Assembly (NCBI GenBank): GCA_902626065.1
Contig: CACODT010000005.1
Coordinates: 1,315-65,314 of the forward strand
Direction: 5' to 3'
DNA from: an uncultured Candidatus Actinomarina sp.
GTDB lineage: Bacteria > Actinomycetota > Acidimicrobiia > Actinomarinales > Actinomarinaceae
DNA length: 64,000 nucleotides
Shown here: positions 10,019-18,459 of the stretch, in pieces
How the letters are laid out: each line of letters starts with the position of its first letter
How positions within the stretch are numbered: the stretch's first letter is position 1
Made by a program: the position numbers and the translations under genes
Notes under the pieces: model-generated
What the model was told of the DNA's origin: nothing
The model's database searches: none
The model's input: the letters and a program-made list of their open reading frames with translations, nothing else

Positions 10019-11305
10019 TTACTTATTTTCATAATAATATCCAAAAGATGCTCTAACTATTAAAGACAAAATCAAAGCAACCCAAATATTTAATAAACTT
10101 TCCTCATAGTTTAAAAGAGTAAAGAGTGCAGCAAAGCCCGAAATTGATCCAAAAATTGTAATGTATGAAAATTCTTTAGATTTATCTAAACCTAATAGAA
10201 TTCCATCCCACAAGAAAGCAAAATAACCAAAAAATATTGTTAAGCAAAATACAAAGACTAATTTTTTATCATTTAACTGAATAAAACTTTGGTTTGAAAC
10301 AAACTCAGAAAGAAACTCTATTCCAAAATAGAAGATAATACTTAATATTATTGATATTGAAAATGTTAAATTTATAAAGCATTTTCTTAAATTAGACTTG
10401 ATAAAGTTTTTATTCTTAGCAACATATTCTGCAACTAAGGTTTGTGCCGAAATAGCTAATGCATCGACAAAAGTATATGAAATATTCCACATTTGCTGGA
10501 GCACATGATGTAAAGCAATATCATTCATTGATAGTCTTGAAGCTTGGTTACTTAAAGTAGCCATGAAAAATGTTAAAAAAACTGATCTTACGAATATCCT
10601 TGAGCCCACATTAAAAAATTTTCTTCGAATGCTCTCTTTATCAATACTTTCAACACTTTTTTCAAGCATTCTTATTTTAATATTCAAAATGTAAGTGGAA
10701 TAAATTGATGCAACTAGAAAAGAAATGGTGCTTGCAAGTCCAACTCCTAAAACTCCAAAGTTAAAAACAATTCCCAGTAAAAAACTAAAAAAAATATTTA
10801 AAACTGTTGATATAAGTGAGCTTAGAGTTGTGTATTTTGGAAATCTTAAGCCTCTAAGTACAGCGGTTGAATGCATGTTTAGTAAAAAAAATCCTATCCC
10901 TAAAGATCTTGCTATCAAATAAGTTGATGAAAATTCTTTAACTTCAATAGTTGGTTTAAATAAATCAATTAAAGCAGAATCAAATAACCATACAATTATG
11001 AATACAGCTATTCCAAGATATATACTGACTCTTCTCCCAAACAAAATAAAATAATTTAAACTACTAAATTTTTTATTTATATTTAAGTCAGCAACATAGG
11101 GTGTCGTGCCATATGCTAAAAATATAAACAACCAAGTTGTTACAAAGTAGATAGTTGTGCCAATTCCTACAGCAGATAGTGAATTTATTCCAATTGTTCC
11201 AGTTATAGATACATCAACAAGTCCAGCAATCGGTTCCATAGATAACCAAATCACAATAGGATAAGCATTTACCCATATATCCTTATAAATAATTTTATTT
11301 TTCAT
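10019..11305 (-). CDS. MATE family efflux transporter
   Basis: About 12 predicted TM helices, polytopic MATE/DinF-like pattern. The ORF track starts at 11371, which overlaps the upstream 99-aa gene by 77 nt. The internal ATG at 11305 (MKNKIIYKDIWVNAYPIV...) lies 7 nt after that gene's stop and is my preferred start. Confidence 0.7.
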   Translation of the reverse strand: MKNKIIYKDIWVNAYPIVIWLSMEPIAGLVDVSITGTIGINSLSAVGIGTTIYFVTTWLFIFLAYGTTPYVADLNINKKFSSLNYFILFGRRVSIYLGIAVFIIVWLFDSALIDLFKPTIEVKEFSSTYLIARSLGIGFFLLNMHSTAVLRGLRFPKYTTLSSLISTVLNIFFSFLLGIVFNFGVLGVGLASTISFLVASIYSTYILNIKIRMLEKSVESIDKESIRRKFFNVGSRIFVRSVFLTFFMATLSNQASRLSMNDIALHHVLQQMWNISYTFVDALAISAQTLVAEYVAKNKNFIKSNLRKCFINLTFSISIILSIIFYFGIEFLSEFVSNQSFIQLNDKKLVFVFCLTIFFGYFAFLWDGILLGLDKSKEFSYITIFGSISGFAALFTLLNYEESLLNIWVALILSLIVRASFGYYYENK

Positions 11306-11594
11306 CAAGTTGTTTTGCTTTTTCCATTCCCCAAAGAATAATTTGAACTCTTCCTTCTTCTCCCAGGTCATTTGGTGTGAGATTTAGATTTAATTCAAAT
11401 TCTTTCTTTATAAAATTATTGATTACTTGTGTCGGCGTTCGTTTTTGCAATCTAAAATCTTGATTCAATTCATCAGATAAGTCTTTAATTAGATAATTAA
11501 TTTGTTTATCTGTTAGATTATGTCCAATTTTTTCTAAATGATTGATTGTTCCTGCAACTAATGTCTCAACTAAAAGCTGGCTTTCAAAACTCAT
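11295..11594 (-). CDS. Hypothetical small cytoplasmic protein
   Basis: 99 aa with no TM segment and no motif I recognise. 4-nt overlap with the upstream gene and tight spacing to the MATE gene argue that it is a real, co-transcribed ORF. Confidence 0.5.
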   Translation of the reverse strand: MSFESQLLVETLVAGTINHLEKIGHNLTDKQINYLIKDLSDELNQDFRLQKRTPTQVINNFIKKEFELNLNLTPNDLGEEGRVQIILWGMEKAKQLDEK

Positions 11595-12604
11595 GCAAAT
11601 ATTTGAACAATAATAAGACCATTTGGTCCAGAAATAATTCCAATACCGACTCTTTTAAACTCATTATCAATAATTGTTTGTTTATGGGATTCAGAATTCA
11701 TCAAGCTTTGATGTCCAGAATAGATTGTTGATGCCATTGCTAAATTTTCACCAACAAATTGTGGTGGTGGATAACCGACATCTAATAATCTTTCAGTTAC
11801 TAGAAACCCGTTATTTGGATCTTTATGGCACCAAAATCCTTCTGTATACATTTTTCTTGCATAATCTGTTGCAATATTAGATAGAGTCTGCGAAAACTCT
11901 AAAGGATCAACATTTACATTTATTCTTTCTAAATTTACCATTTCAAACAACTCATTTATCTCAATTGTTTTTGTTACTAATTTTGAATTTTTAAAAGAAG
12001 GAATTTCAAGACAACCCGATTCATCCAAAGAGATAGAAGTACTTCCTGTAATTTCTTTAATTCTTGATGTAACTTTCAATAAATCTGTTCCTGTTATTAC
12101 TTCAAGTGTTTGTTGAGGCACACCTTCAGAACTTAAATAAAAAGATACTATATTTGACTGTTCAATATTTTCTTGAATGTACTTAGGTAATGAAAGTAAA
12201 GATAACATCGTAAATAAAAAAGCAAGAATTAAATTACTCAAAACTAAAGAACTAATACTTCCAAGTAATTTACTTCCAACGTCTTTTTTTGAATTTTCTT
12301 TATAAATTAAATTTTGAAAAATAGAACTGACCGTAAGAATTGTCATAAATATTGTTACTCCAGCAAATATTTGAGATGTCTGTTGACTTGAATTTAACCA
12401 ACCACTTATATATTCACCTATAGAGAATGAATATGAAAAGCTTAAATATATAGAAATCAAAAAAACTGTTAAAAAGTAAATTATTAATACAGCGCCACTT
12501 TTCCAACCAAAATAAATGAGATAAATTATAAAAATATATATGAAAATATCAAGATAATCAAGACTATTCAGAAAAGTTAAGAGATTTTCTATATTATCAA
12601 CCAT
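11591..12604 (-). CDS. Membrane protein: CvpA-like N-terminal TM domain fused to a C-terminal CAP/SCP (YkwD-like) domain
   Basis: 337 aa. The N-terminal roughly 140 aa hold 4 hydrophobic helices with a CvpA-like start (LDYLDIFIYIFIIYLIYFGWKSG). The C-terminus (NLERINVNVDPLEFSQTL...YARKM...GENLAMAS...HQSLMNSESHKQTIIDNEFKRVGIGI...IVQIF) follows the CAP/PR-1 pattern. Confidence 0.6.
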   Translation of the reverse strand: MVDNIENLLTFLNSLDYLDIFIYIFIIYLIYFGWKSGAVLIIYFLTVFLISIYLSFSYSFSIGEYISGWLNSSQQTSQIFAGVTIFMTILTVSSIFQNLIYKENSKKDVGSKLLGSISSLVLSNLILAFLFTMLSLLSLPKYIQENIEQSNIVSFYLSSEGVPQQTLEVITGTDLLKVTSRIKEITGSTSISLDESGCLEIPSFKNSKLVTKTIEINELFEMVNLERINVNVDPLEFSQTLSNIATDYARKMYTEGFWCHKDPNNGFLVTERLLDVGYPPPQFVGENLAMASTIYSGHQSLMNSESHKQTIIDNEFKRVGIGIISGPNGLIIVQIFA

Positions 12605-12665
12605 TTTTTAAAAATTTTTACTTCTGCTATTGAAGAGTACACAAATTACGCTATTGTTGTAATAC

Positions 12666-12687
12666 ATTCCTACAAATATGTAGGAAT
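12666..12687. promoter_or_regulatory. 22-bp inverted repeat (candidate operator or 5'-UTR hairpin) upstream of the BCAA-type SBP gene
   Basis: ATTCCTACA-AATA-TGTAGGAAT has perfect 9-bp arms. It ends 30 nt upstream of the ATG at 12718, inside the divergent intergenic region 12605..12717. Confidence 0.4.
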
Positions 12688-12717
12688 TTTTAATTTCAGT
12701 GACTGAAAGGAAATTAT

Positions 12718-14013
12718 ATGAGAAATCGCAAAGCTTTGGCTTTGTTTGCGGTTTTAGCGTTAGTCGCAGCTGCCTGTGGTGGTTCGGGATCCGGCGGATC
12801 TGATGAAGTAGAAGAAACAGTAGAAACTACTGAAGCTCCTGCTACAACAGCCGCTCCTACTACTACAGCTGCTCCTGCAGGTGACCCACTAGTTTTGGCA
12901 TCATTAATGCCACTTTCTGGTGATTTAGCTGCACTTGGACCTGGTATTGCACTAGGAGCATCTCTCGCTGTACAGCAAATAAATGCTGCTGGCGGTATAA
13001 ATGGAGTCCCTGTCGAACTCATTGAAGGAGACAGTGGATGTGATGGTGCGATTGCCCTCGACAGTCTTACAGAAGCAATAGCTGGAGGAGCTCAAGGAGT
13101 TATGGGTGCTGCATGTAGTGGTACTTCCCTTGCAATTCTTGATACAGCTATAGCTGCAGAAGTTGTCATGGTATCCCCATCAAATACAAGTCCTCAATTT
13201 ACCAAAATGGATAATAAAGGATTTTATGCAAGAACTGCTCCATCAGATCTATTACAAGGTGATGTACTTGCATCATTATTGCTAGAAGATGGTGTTGAGT
13301 CAATCTCAATCATATCAAGAGCTGACTCATACGGTAGAGGATTAGCAGAAGCTACTGCATCAGCATTTGAAGCTGGTGGAGGAGTTGTAAAGAATGTTGT
13401 TTATCATGCTGTTGATGCAACAGAATTCAACTCAGAAGTGACTGCTGTTGGAAAGGGTTCACCAGACGCTATTGTTGGTATCCTTTTCCCTGCTACTGGT
13501 TGTGGTGTTCTTCAACCTGCATTTGAACAAGGCCTTCTAGATACACCTTGGTATATGACCGATGGTGTTAAAGATGCTGGTCTTGCTTCATTATGTAATT
13601 TGGGAACTGCATTAGACGGATTTAAAGGAACCGCACCTGGATCTGCTGCTGGAGAAGCATTTGATGCCTTCTCTGCTGCATACGCAGAAGTAAGTGAAGA
13701 TGGAGCTGGAACCTTTATTTTTGCTCCGCAGGCATATGATGCTGTCATGTTAATGGCAATATCTGCTGCTGCTAATGGTGTTACTGGACCAGAAATTGCT
13801 TCTGGCTTAGTTGCCGCATCATCAGGTGGAGAAAAATGTATCGGTGTTGCTTGTATTGCACTTGCAGCTGACGGTGTAGATGTTGACTATGTTGGTGCAT
13901 CTGGCGAAATTGAATTAAATGAAGTCGGAGATCCTACATCAGCAACATATGATATATGGACAACTGAGGGTGATACAAACCCAGTCCTAAAATCAGTAGA
14001 TTTTGGTTCTTAA
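12718..14013 (+). CDS. ABC transporter substrate-binding lipoprotein, branched-chain amino acid (LivJ/LivK, type 1 PBP) family
   Basis: 431 aa. Signal peptide with lipobox (LVAAAC-GGSG), then an acidic/Thr/Pro/Ala linker and a Leu/Ile/Val-binding-protein-like body (GINGVPVELIEGDS..., MVSPSNTSP). Convergent with livHMGF-type genes. AAAGGA SD upstream. Confidence 0.8.
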   Translation: MRNRKALALFAVLALVAAACGGSGSGGSDEVEETVETTEAPATTAAPTTTAAPAGDPLVLASLMPLSGDLAALGPGIALGASLAVQQINAAGGINGVPVELIEGDSGCDGAIALDSLTEAIAGGAQGVMGAACSGTSLAILDTAIAAEVVMVSPSNTSPQFTKMDNKGFYARTAPSDLLQGDVLASLLLEDGVESISIISRADSYGRGLAEATASAFEAGGGVVKNVVYHAVDATEFNSEVTAVGKGSPDAIVGILFPATGCGVLQPAFEQGLLDTPWYMTDGVKDAGLASLCNLGTALDGFKGTAPGSAAGEAFDAFSAAYAEVSEDGAGTFIFAPQAYDAVMLMAISAAANGVTGPEIASGLVAASSGGEKCIGVACIALAADGVDVDYVGASGEIELNEVGDPTSATYDIWTTEGDTNPVLKSVDFGS

Positions 14014-14027
14014 AATTTACAATTAAT

Positions 14028-14059
14028 AAAAAAGGCCTGCCCTGTGCAGGCCTTTTTTT
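14028..14059. terminator. Bidirectional rho-independent terminator
   Basis: A6 (14028..14033), stem GGCCTGC (14034..14040), loop CCTGT, stem GCAGGCC (14046..14052), T7 (14053..14059). It sits between the convergent SBP gene (stop at 14013) and the livF-like gene (stop at 14058..14060), so it reads as hairpin plus U-tract in both directions. Confidence 0.85.
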
Positions 14060-14774
14060 ATAGTTTCCCCAAATATAAATCTATAACCCGTGGATCATCA
14101 AGTAATTCGTGTCCCTTTCCTTGATAGGCATTTCTTCCTTGATCCAAAACATATCCCCTGTCACTAAAACTTAAAGCCCTTTTTGCATTCTGCTCCACTA
14201 AAAGAATTGCTACCCCTTTTGAATTTATCTCTTTAACTGTCTCAAAAACTTCTTTAATTGCGACTGGTGATAAACCTGCTGATGGTTCATCAAGTAATAA
14301 AATAGTGGGTGACGTAACAAGAGATCTTGCAAGCGCAAGAATTTGTCTTTGACCTCCAGACAAATTTCCAGCTTTATCTTTTCTTCTTTCTTTTAACATA
14401 GGAAAATCATCAAATGTTTTTGAAATTGTTTGTTTAATATTTTTATTTAACGTCCATGATCCAATCTCTAAATTCTCTTCAATTGTTAATGAAGGAAAAA
14501 TATTTTCAACTTGAGGTACGTATCCAACTCCCTCTTTAACAATTTGATGAGTGGGTGTATTAGTTTTTTCATGACCATTAACAAAAAAACGACCTGCTGA
14601 AATATCAATTAGTCCCATGATTGCCTTCAGTAATGTTGACTTACCTGCACCATTAGGGCCAATAATTGAAACTATTTCTTTTTCATTTATTATTAAGTCC
14701 ACACCTTGAAGAATATTTAAGCCTTTTACATATCCAGCAGCAATAGCATTACATTCAATAACTGTTTTATTCAT
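14058..14774 (-). CDS. livF: Branched-chain amino acid ABC transporter ATP-binding protein (LivF type)
   Basis: 238 aa. Walker A GPNGAGKST, signature LSGGQRQ, Walker B LLLDEP. Last gene of a permease-permease-ATPase-ATPase set. Confidence 0.85.
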   Translation of the reverse strand: MNKTVIECNAIAAGYVKGLNILQGVDLIINEKEIVSIIGPNGAGKSTLLKAIMGLIDISAGRFFVNGHEKTNTPTHQIVKEGVGYVPQVENIFPSLTIEENLEIGSWTLNKNIKQTISKTFDDFPMLKERRKDKAGNLSGGQRQILALARSLVTSPTILLLDEPSAGLSPVAIKEVFETVKEINSKGVAILLVEQNAKRALSFSDRGYVLDQGRNAYQGKGHELLDDPRVIDLYLGKL

Positions 14775-15537
14775 TTTCGGATCCTAAATATGCACTAATT
14801 ACGTTTTCATCAGTTCTTACATTCTCAGGAGTGTTATCAGCTATTACTTTCCCTTCAGCTAATACAATAACTCTCTCAGAAATTTTCATTACAGCTTCAA
14901 TATTGTGTTCCACCATTAAGATTGAGATTCCTTTTTCTGAAAGATTTAAAATGATTTCTAGTATTTCCTCTGCTAATTTAGGATTTACTCCCGCAAGTGG
15001 TTCATCTAGTAATAAAATTTTTGGATCATTTATTATTGATCTACCAAGTTCTAATAATTTTTTTTGTCCTCCGGATAATTCTCTTGCATAAGAATCAGCC
15101 ATGTGTTCAATATTTAATTCTTTCATAATTTCAAATGACTTGTCTCTAATGTTTTTTTCATTAATTTTTTGACTTGGTAACTTAATTAAAGATTTTAGAA
15201 ATGAATCATTATTTACATTTGAAGCTGAAAACATCATATTTTCCAAAACAGTCATTCGATCAAAAACCTTGGTTAGTTGAAAGGTTCTAATCATTCCTAA
15301 TCTGGCGATTAAGTAAGGCTGACTTTTTGTAATATTTTTATCATTTAGATAAACTTTTCCATTATCACTATCTTGAAATCCTGAAATCAAATCAAAAAAA
15401 GTAGTTTTTCCAGCTCCATTTGGTCCTATTATTGAAGTTAATTGATCTTTATTTAGTTTAAGACTTTGAATATCAACAGCCTTTATTCCTCCAAAGCTTT
15501 TTTTTAAGTTCGTAACTTCAAGGTAGTTATTTGACAT
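14767..15537 (-). CDS. livG: Branched-chain amino acid ABC transporter ATP-binding protein (LivG type)
   Basis: 256 aa. GPNGAGKTT, LSGGQKK, LLLDEPLAGVNP, and the C-terminal ...VISAYLG typical of LivG. Confidence 0.85.
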   Translation of the reverse strand: MSNNYLEVTNLKKSFGGIKAVDIQSLKLNKDQLTSIIGPNGAGKTTFFDLISGFQDSDNGKVYLNDKNITKSQPYLIARLGMIRTFQLTKVFDRMTVLENMMFSASNVNNDSFLKSLIKLPSQKINEKNIRDKSFEIMKELNIEHMADSYARELSGGQKKLLELGRSIINDPKILLLDEPLAGVNPKLAEEILEIILNLSEKGISILMVEHNIEAVMKISERVIVLAEGKVIADNTPENVRTDENVISAYLGSENE

Positions 15538-16582
15538 CTAAAAGTAACTCTTCTTTCTTTCCCATTAATCCACTCGGTCTGAAAATCATTAAAACCATTA
15601 TTAATAGACCCACCAAAACAAATCTGACTCCAGCTATTTGCTGGCCATTTGCATTTTCAAAAATTAATTGAGCGATTCCATTTGTTTCAGAAATTATGAC
15701 CCAAAACATAACTGATCCAAAGATTGGTCCAGTTAGGCTTCCCACCCCTCCGAGAATCATGATTGCCCAAACATAAAATGTAAGAATTGGTATGAAAGTT
15801 GATACCTGAACAGTTCCATAATTAAAAGCTAATAAAACTCCAGACAATCCTGCGATGCCAGCACCTAACATAAAGCTTTGGAGCTTCAACCACACAGCAT
15901 TCTTACCTAGTGCTCTGACTGCATCTTCATCCTCACGTACAGCTCTAAGAGCACGTCCCCACGGTGAATTTGTAAGCCTTTTTAAAAGTAGTAAAACAAG
16001 AAATATTGACACCCAAGATAGAAATGCAACCCACATTTGAGATGGATTTAGATCATATGTAGAAGCAAAATTATTAATAAAGACTGGTCTGCTTTGCTGT
16101 AATGCGTCGGAAAAATTAATAATACCATACACTCCCCCTGTGATGGACTCAAGATCTCTTACTAGTAATCTGAAAATTTCTGCTGCAGCAATGGTAACTA
16201 TTGCTAAATAATCACCTCTCAATCTAATTGCAGGAAGTCCTAAAAGTAGTCCAAAAAGTGCGGCTGAAATAATCCCAATTATAAGAGCTAGGAAAAATGG
16301 TAATCCAGAGACAGTAATTTCTCCCTCTCTACCTGCCGCATGAGGTATTAGTAATATAGTTACATAAGCGCCCAGTCCCATAAATGCTGCATGGCCAAAA
16401 TTTAGTAACCCTGTTAATCCAAAATGAACGTTTAATCCAATTGCAGCTAATCCATAAATTCCTGCAAAAGTTAACAAATTAAAAAGAATTGGAATTTCTC
16501 CTTCGTCATTTAGCAGAAAAACAAGCGATATAGAAAAAATAGTAAGAAGTATGGTTATAGAGCTTTTGAATGTTAGTTTCAT
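15527..16582 (-). CDS. livM: Branched-chain amino acid ABC transporter permease (LivM type)
   Basis: 351 aa polytopic protein with GLLNFGHAAFMGLGAY motif. Operon context. Confidence 0.8.
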   Translation of the reverse strand: MKLTFKSSITILLTIFSISLVFLLNDEGEIPILFNLLTFAGIYGLAAIGLNVHFGLTGLLNFGHAAFMGLGAYVTILLIPHAAGREGEITVSGLPFFLALIIGIISAALFGLLLGLPAIRLRGDYLAIVTIAAAEIFRLLVRDLESITGGVYGIINFSDALQQSRPVFINNFASTYDLNPSQMWVAFLSWVSIFLVLLLLKRLTNSPWGRALRAVREDEDAVRALGKNAVWLKLQSFMLGAGIAGLSGVLLAFNYGTVQVSTFIPILTFYVWAIMILGGVGSLTGPIFGSVMFWVIISETNGIAQLIFENANGQQIAGVRFVLVGLLIMVLMIFRPSGLMGKKEELLLDVK

Positions 16583-17493
16583 GACAATCTTTCTTTCTCA
16601 CCAAAAATACCTTGCGGTCTAAAAAGTAAAATAATTATCATAATTGCTAAAGCTATTGCATTTTTTGCTTCAGTATGTCCCTCCATAAACGGTAAACCTA
16701 CAGAAACATTTACAACTATTCCTATTATGAAGCCTCCAACCATTGCTCCGAAGGAGGTTCCTATTCCTCCAAGCACCGTTCCTGCGAATATAAGTAAGAG
16801 TATTAGAAATCCCATATTGTATCTAACATCATTTATAGTTGCTTGAAAAACTCCAGCTAATCCAGCAAGCATACTAGAGGAAATCCATGTAAATAAAATT
16901 ATGTTATCTGAATTTATTCCTGAAACACTTGCTAAATCATTTGAGTCTCTGACTGCTCTCATAGCCTTTCCAATTTTTGTGTAATTAAGCAAAAGGCCAA
17001 CTAATACCATTACAATTATTCCCAGAATTAACACTCTAAAATTCCTAGGCGTCATATCAAAAAATAAGTATGTTTGTCTTCTTTGTAGTTCTAATGGAAA
17101 ATTTTGAGGTTTCGCATTTAACAATAAATATATGTGTCTTAGGAAAAGGGAAAGACCAATAGTTACAACAAGCACTGCAATGTTTCCTACTTCAGCTTTT
17201 CTTAGGGGCCTAAAAAGAAAAAATTCTAAAATACCTCCAAACAACCCACAAAAAAGGACTGAAATTAAGACAGATAAATAAAAATTATTACCAAGAGGAG
17301 AAAATCTATCTAAAAATAACACCCTTGAATCAATAGGACTTGAAAGAAATAAGGTAGCTATGGCTCCTAAAGCTATGATTTCTCCATGTGCAAAGTTAAC
17401 GATTCGAGTAACTCCATACAATAATGAGAGTGCAACTGATGCAACTGCGATTATTATTCCTAGTAAAAGGCCGTTTCCAAGTTGTTCTATCAT
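16579..17493 (-). CDS. livH: Branched-chain amino acid ABC transporter permease (LivH type)
   Basis: 304 aa polytopic protein with RIVNFAHGE motif. 4-nt overlap with livM. Confidence 0.8.
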   Translation of the reverse strand: MIEQLGNGLLLGIIIAVASVALSLLYGVTRIVNFAHGEIIALGAIATLFLSSPIDSRVLFLDRFSPLGNNFYLSVLISVLFCGLFGGILEFFLFRPLRKAEVGNIAVLVVTIGLSLFLRHIYLLLNAKPQNFPLELQRRQTYLFFDMTPRNFRVLILGIIVMVLVGLLLNYTKIGKAMRAVRDSNDLASVSGINSDNIILFTWISSSMLAGLAGVFQATINDVRYNMGFLILLLIFAGTVLGGIGTSFGAMVGGFIIGIVVNVSVGLPFMEGHTEAKNAIALAIMIIILLFRPQGIFGEKERLS

Positions 17494-17499
17494 AGTGTT

Positions 17500-18345
17500 T
17501 TACCCATCCTTAAATATTACTTGGGAACCATCAATAATTTCAATTACAACAGTATAGGTTTTATCAGGGTTATTTAAAGTACCAACACTAGCCTTTAGCC
17601 ATTGATCAGGCACCTGCGCCTGACCTTTTACAAGTAAAGATAGGTCTTTTGGTACTGTTACCTCATAGTTTCCACTCAATGCAAGGTTGTCAATTTCAAG
17701 ATTAGGACCTAAAAATATTTCACCAGTACCTGATAATTTTGAAGGTGACAACTTAATGTCAGTTAAGTTGATATCTGAATCAAGTGAAAAAATATCTAAT
17801 TCCCAAATATTTTGATTGCCTAAGTTTATGTTCCATCCTTTTACTTTTAATAAACTACTTGTTTCTAACTCTCTAAATATAATTGCTCTAGGTTCCCCAA
17901 GAACAGTCTCTACTGCTTCTGGATAACCAATATTACCTGGTTGATCAATTATTTCAGCTTTATAGCCTATACCCTGAAAACTGTTTAGATTTATTTTTCC
18001 ATCAACGTCAATTAATAATGAATAGTTAAAGTCAGGACTTAATTCATTATTTTCAAAAAAAGATTCAAATTTATAAGTAGTTAAAAATTTTGAATCAAAT
18101 ATATGTCCAAATGAAAAAATAAGAACAACAACTATCAAAAAAATATTGAGTATATTTCTTACCATTTCGTAGAAAGAAGCCCTTCTTAAAATAGTTACTA
18201 ACAGAATTGGCAATATTGTAATAGGCCAATAATCAATATAGTCATAAATTATTGAGGGACGAAGATAGCCCAAAAAATAGAAAGTGATTTGTGATAACAA
18301 CAATAAATACAAAGTGAACCTGATTGTATTTTGGTAATAATTCAA
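17500..18345 (-). CDS. Hypothetical membrane protein with beta-rich extracytoplasmic C-terminal domain
   Basis: 281 aa. Three N-terminal hydrophobic helices, then about 190 aa of alternating beta-like segments (KVKGWNINLGNQNIWELDIFSLDSDINLTDIKL...). This loosely recalls LiaF/DUF4097-type domains, but I cannot confirm that. Its stop lies 6 nt upstream of the livH start. Confidence 0.5.
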   Translation of the reverse strand: MNYYQNTIRFTLYLLLLSQITFYFLGYLRPSIIYDYIDYWPITILPILLVTILRRASFYEMVRNILNIFLIVVVLIFSFGHIFDSKFLTTYKFESFFENNELSPDFNYSLLIDVDGKINLNSFQGIGYKAEIIDQPGNIGYPEAVETVLGEPRAIIFRELETSSLLKVKGWNINLGNQNIWELDIFSLDSDINLTDIKLSPSKLSGTGEIFLGPNLEIDNLALSGNYEVTVPKDLSLLVKGQAQVPDQWLKASVGTLNNPDKTYTVVIEIIDGSQVIFKDG

Positions 18346-18349
18346 TTTG

Positions 18350-18421
18350 AGCCGGAGAGGGGAGTTGAACCCCTGACCTGCCGCTTACAAGGCGGCTGCT
18401 CTACCACTGAGCTACTCCGGC
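18350..18421 (-). tRNA. tRNA-Thr (anticodon UGU)
   Basis: Minus-strand read GCCGGAG-TA-GCTC-AGTGGTA-GAGC-A-GCCGC-CTTGTAA-GCGGC-AGGTC-AGGGG-TTCAACT-CCCCT-CTCCGGC-T folds as a 72-nt cloverleaf. Anticodon loop CT-TGT-AA. No encoded CCA. Confidence 0.9.
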
Positions 18422-18459
18422 GAATAGTTAAATATTAGCAAACATAAAAGTTGAAAAAA

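Noticed and set aside
12718-14013. Recent horizontal transfer as the explanation for the GC-rich SBP genes
   Set aside because: Not adopted as the primary explanation. The boundaries coincide exactly with the coding sequence, no mobility genes or repeats flank them, both SBPs show the same shift, and the enrichment tracks Ala/Gly/Pro/Thr-rich protein composition. It remains testable (see finding).
18350-18421. The two tRNA-Thr genes (18350..18421 and 42088..42159) as integration sites of genomic islands
   Set aside because: No integrase, no repeat of the tRNA 3' end and no compositional or functional island next to either tRNA. The neighbours are conserved housekeeping genes.
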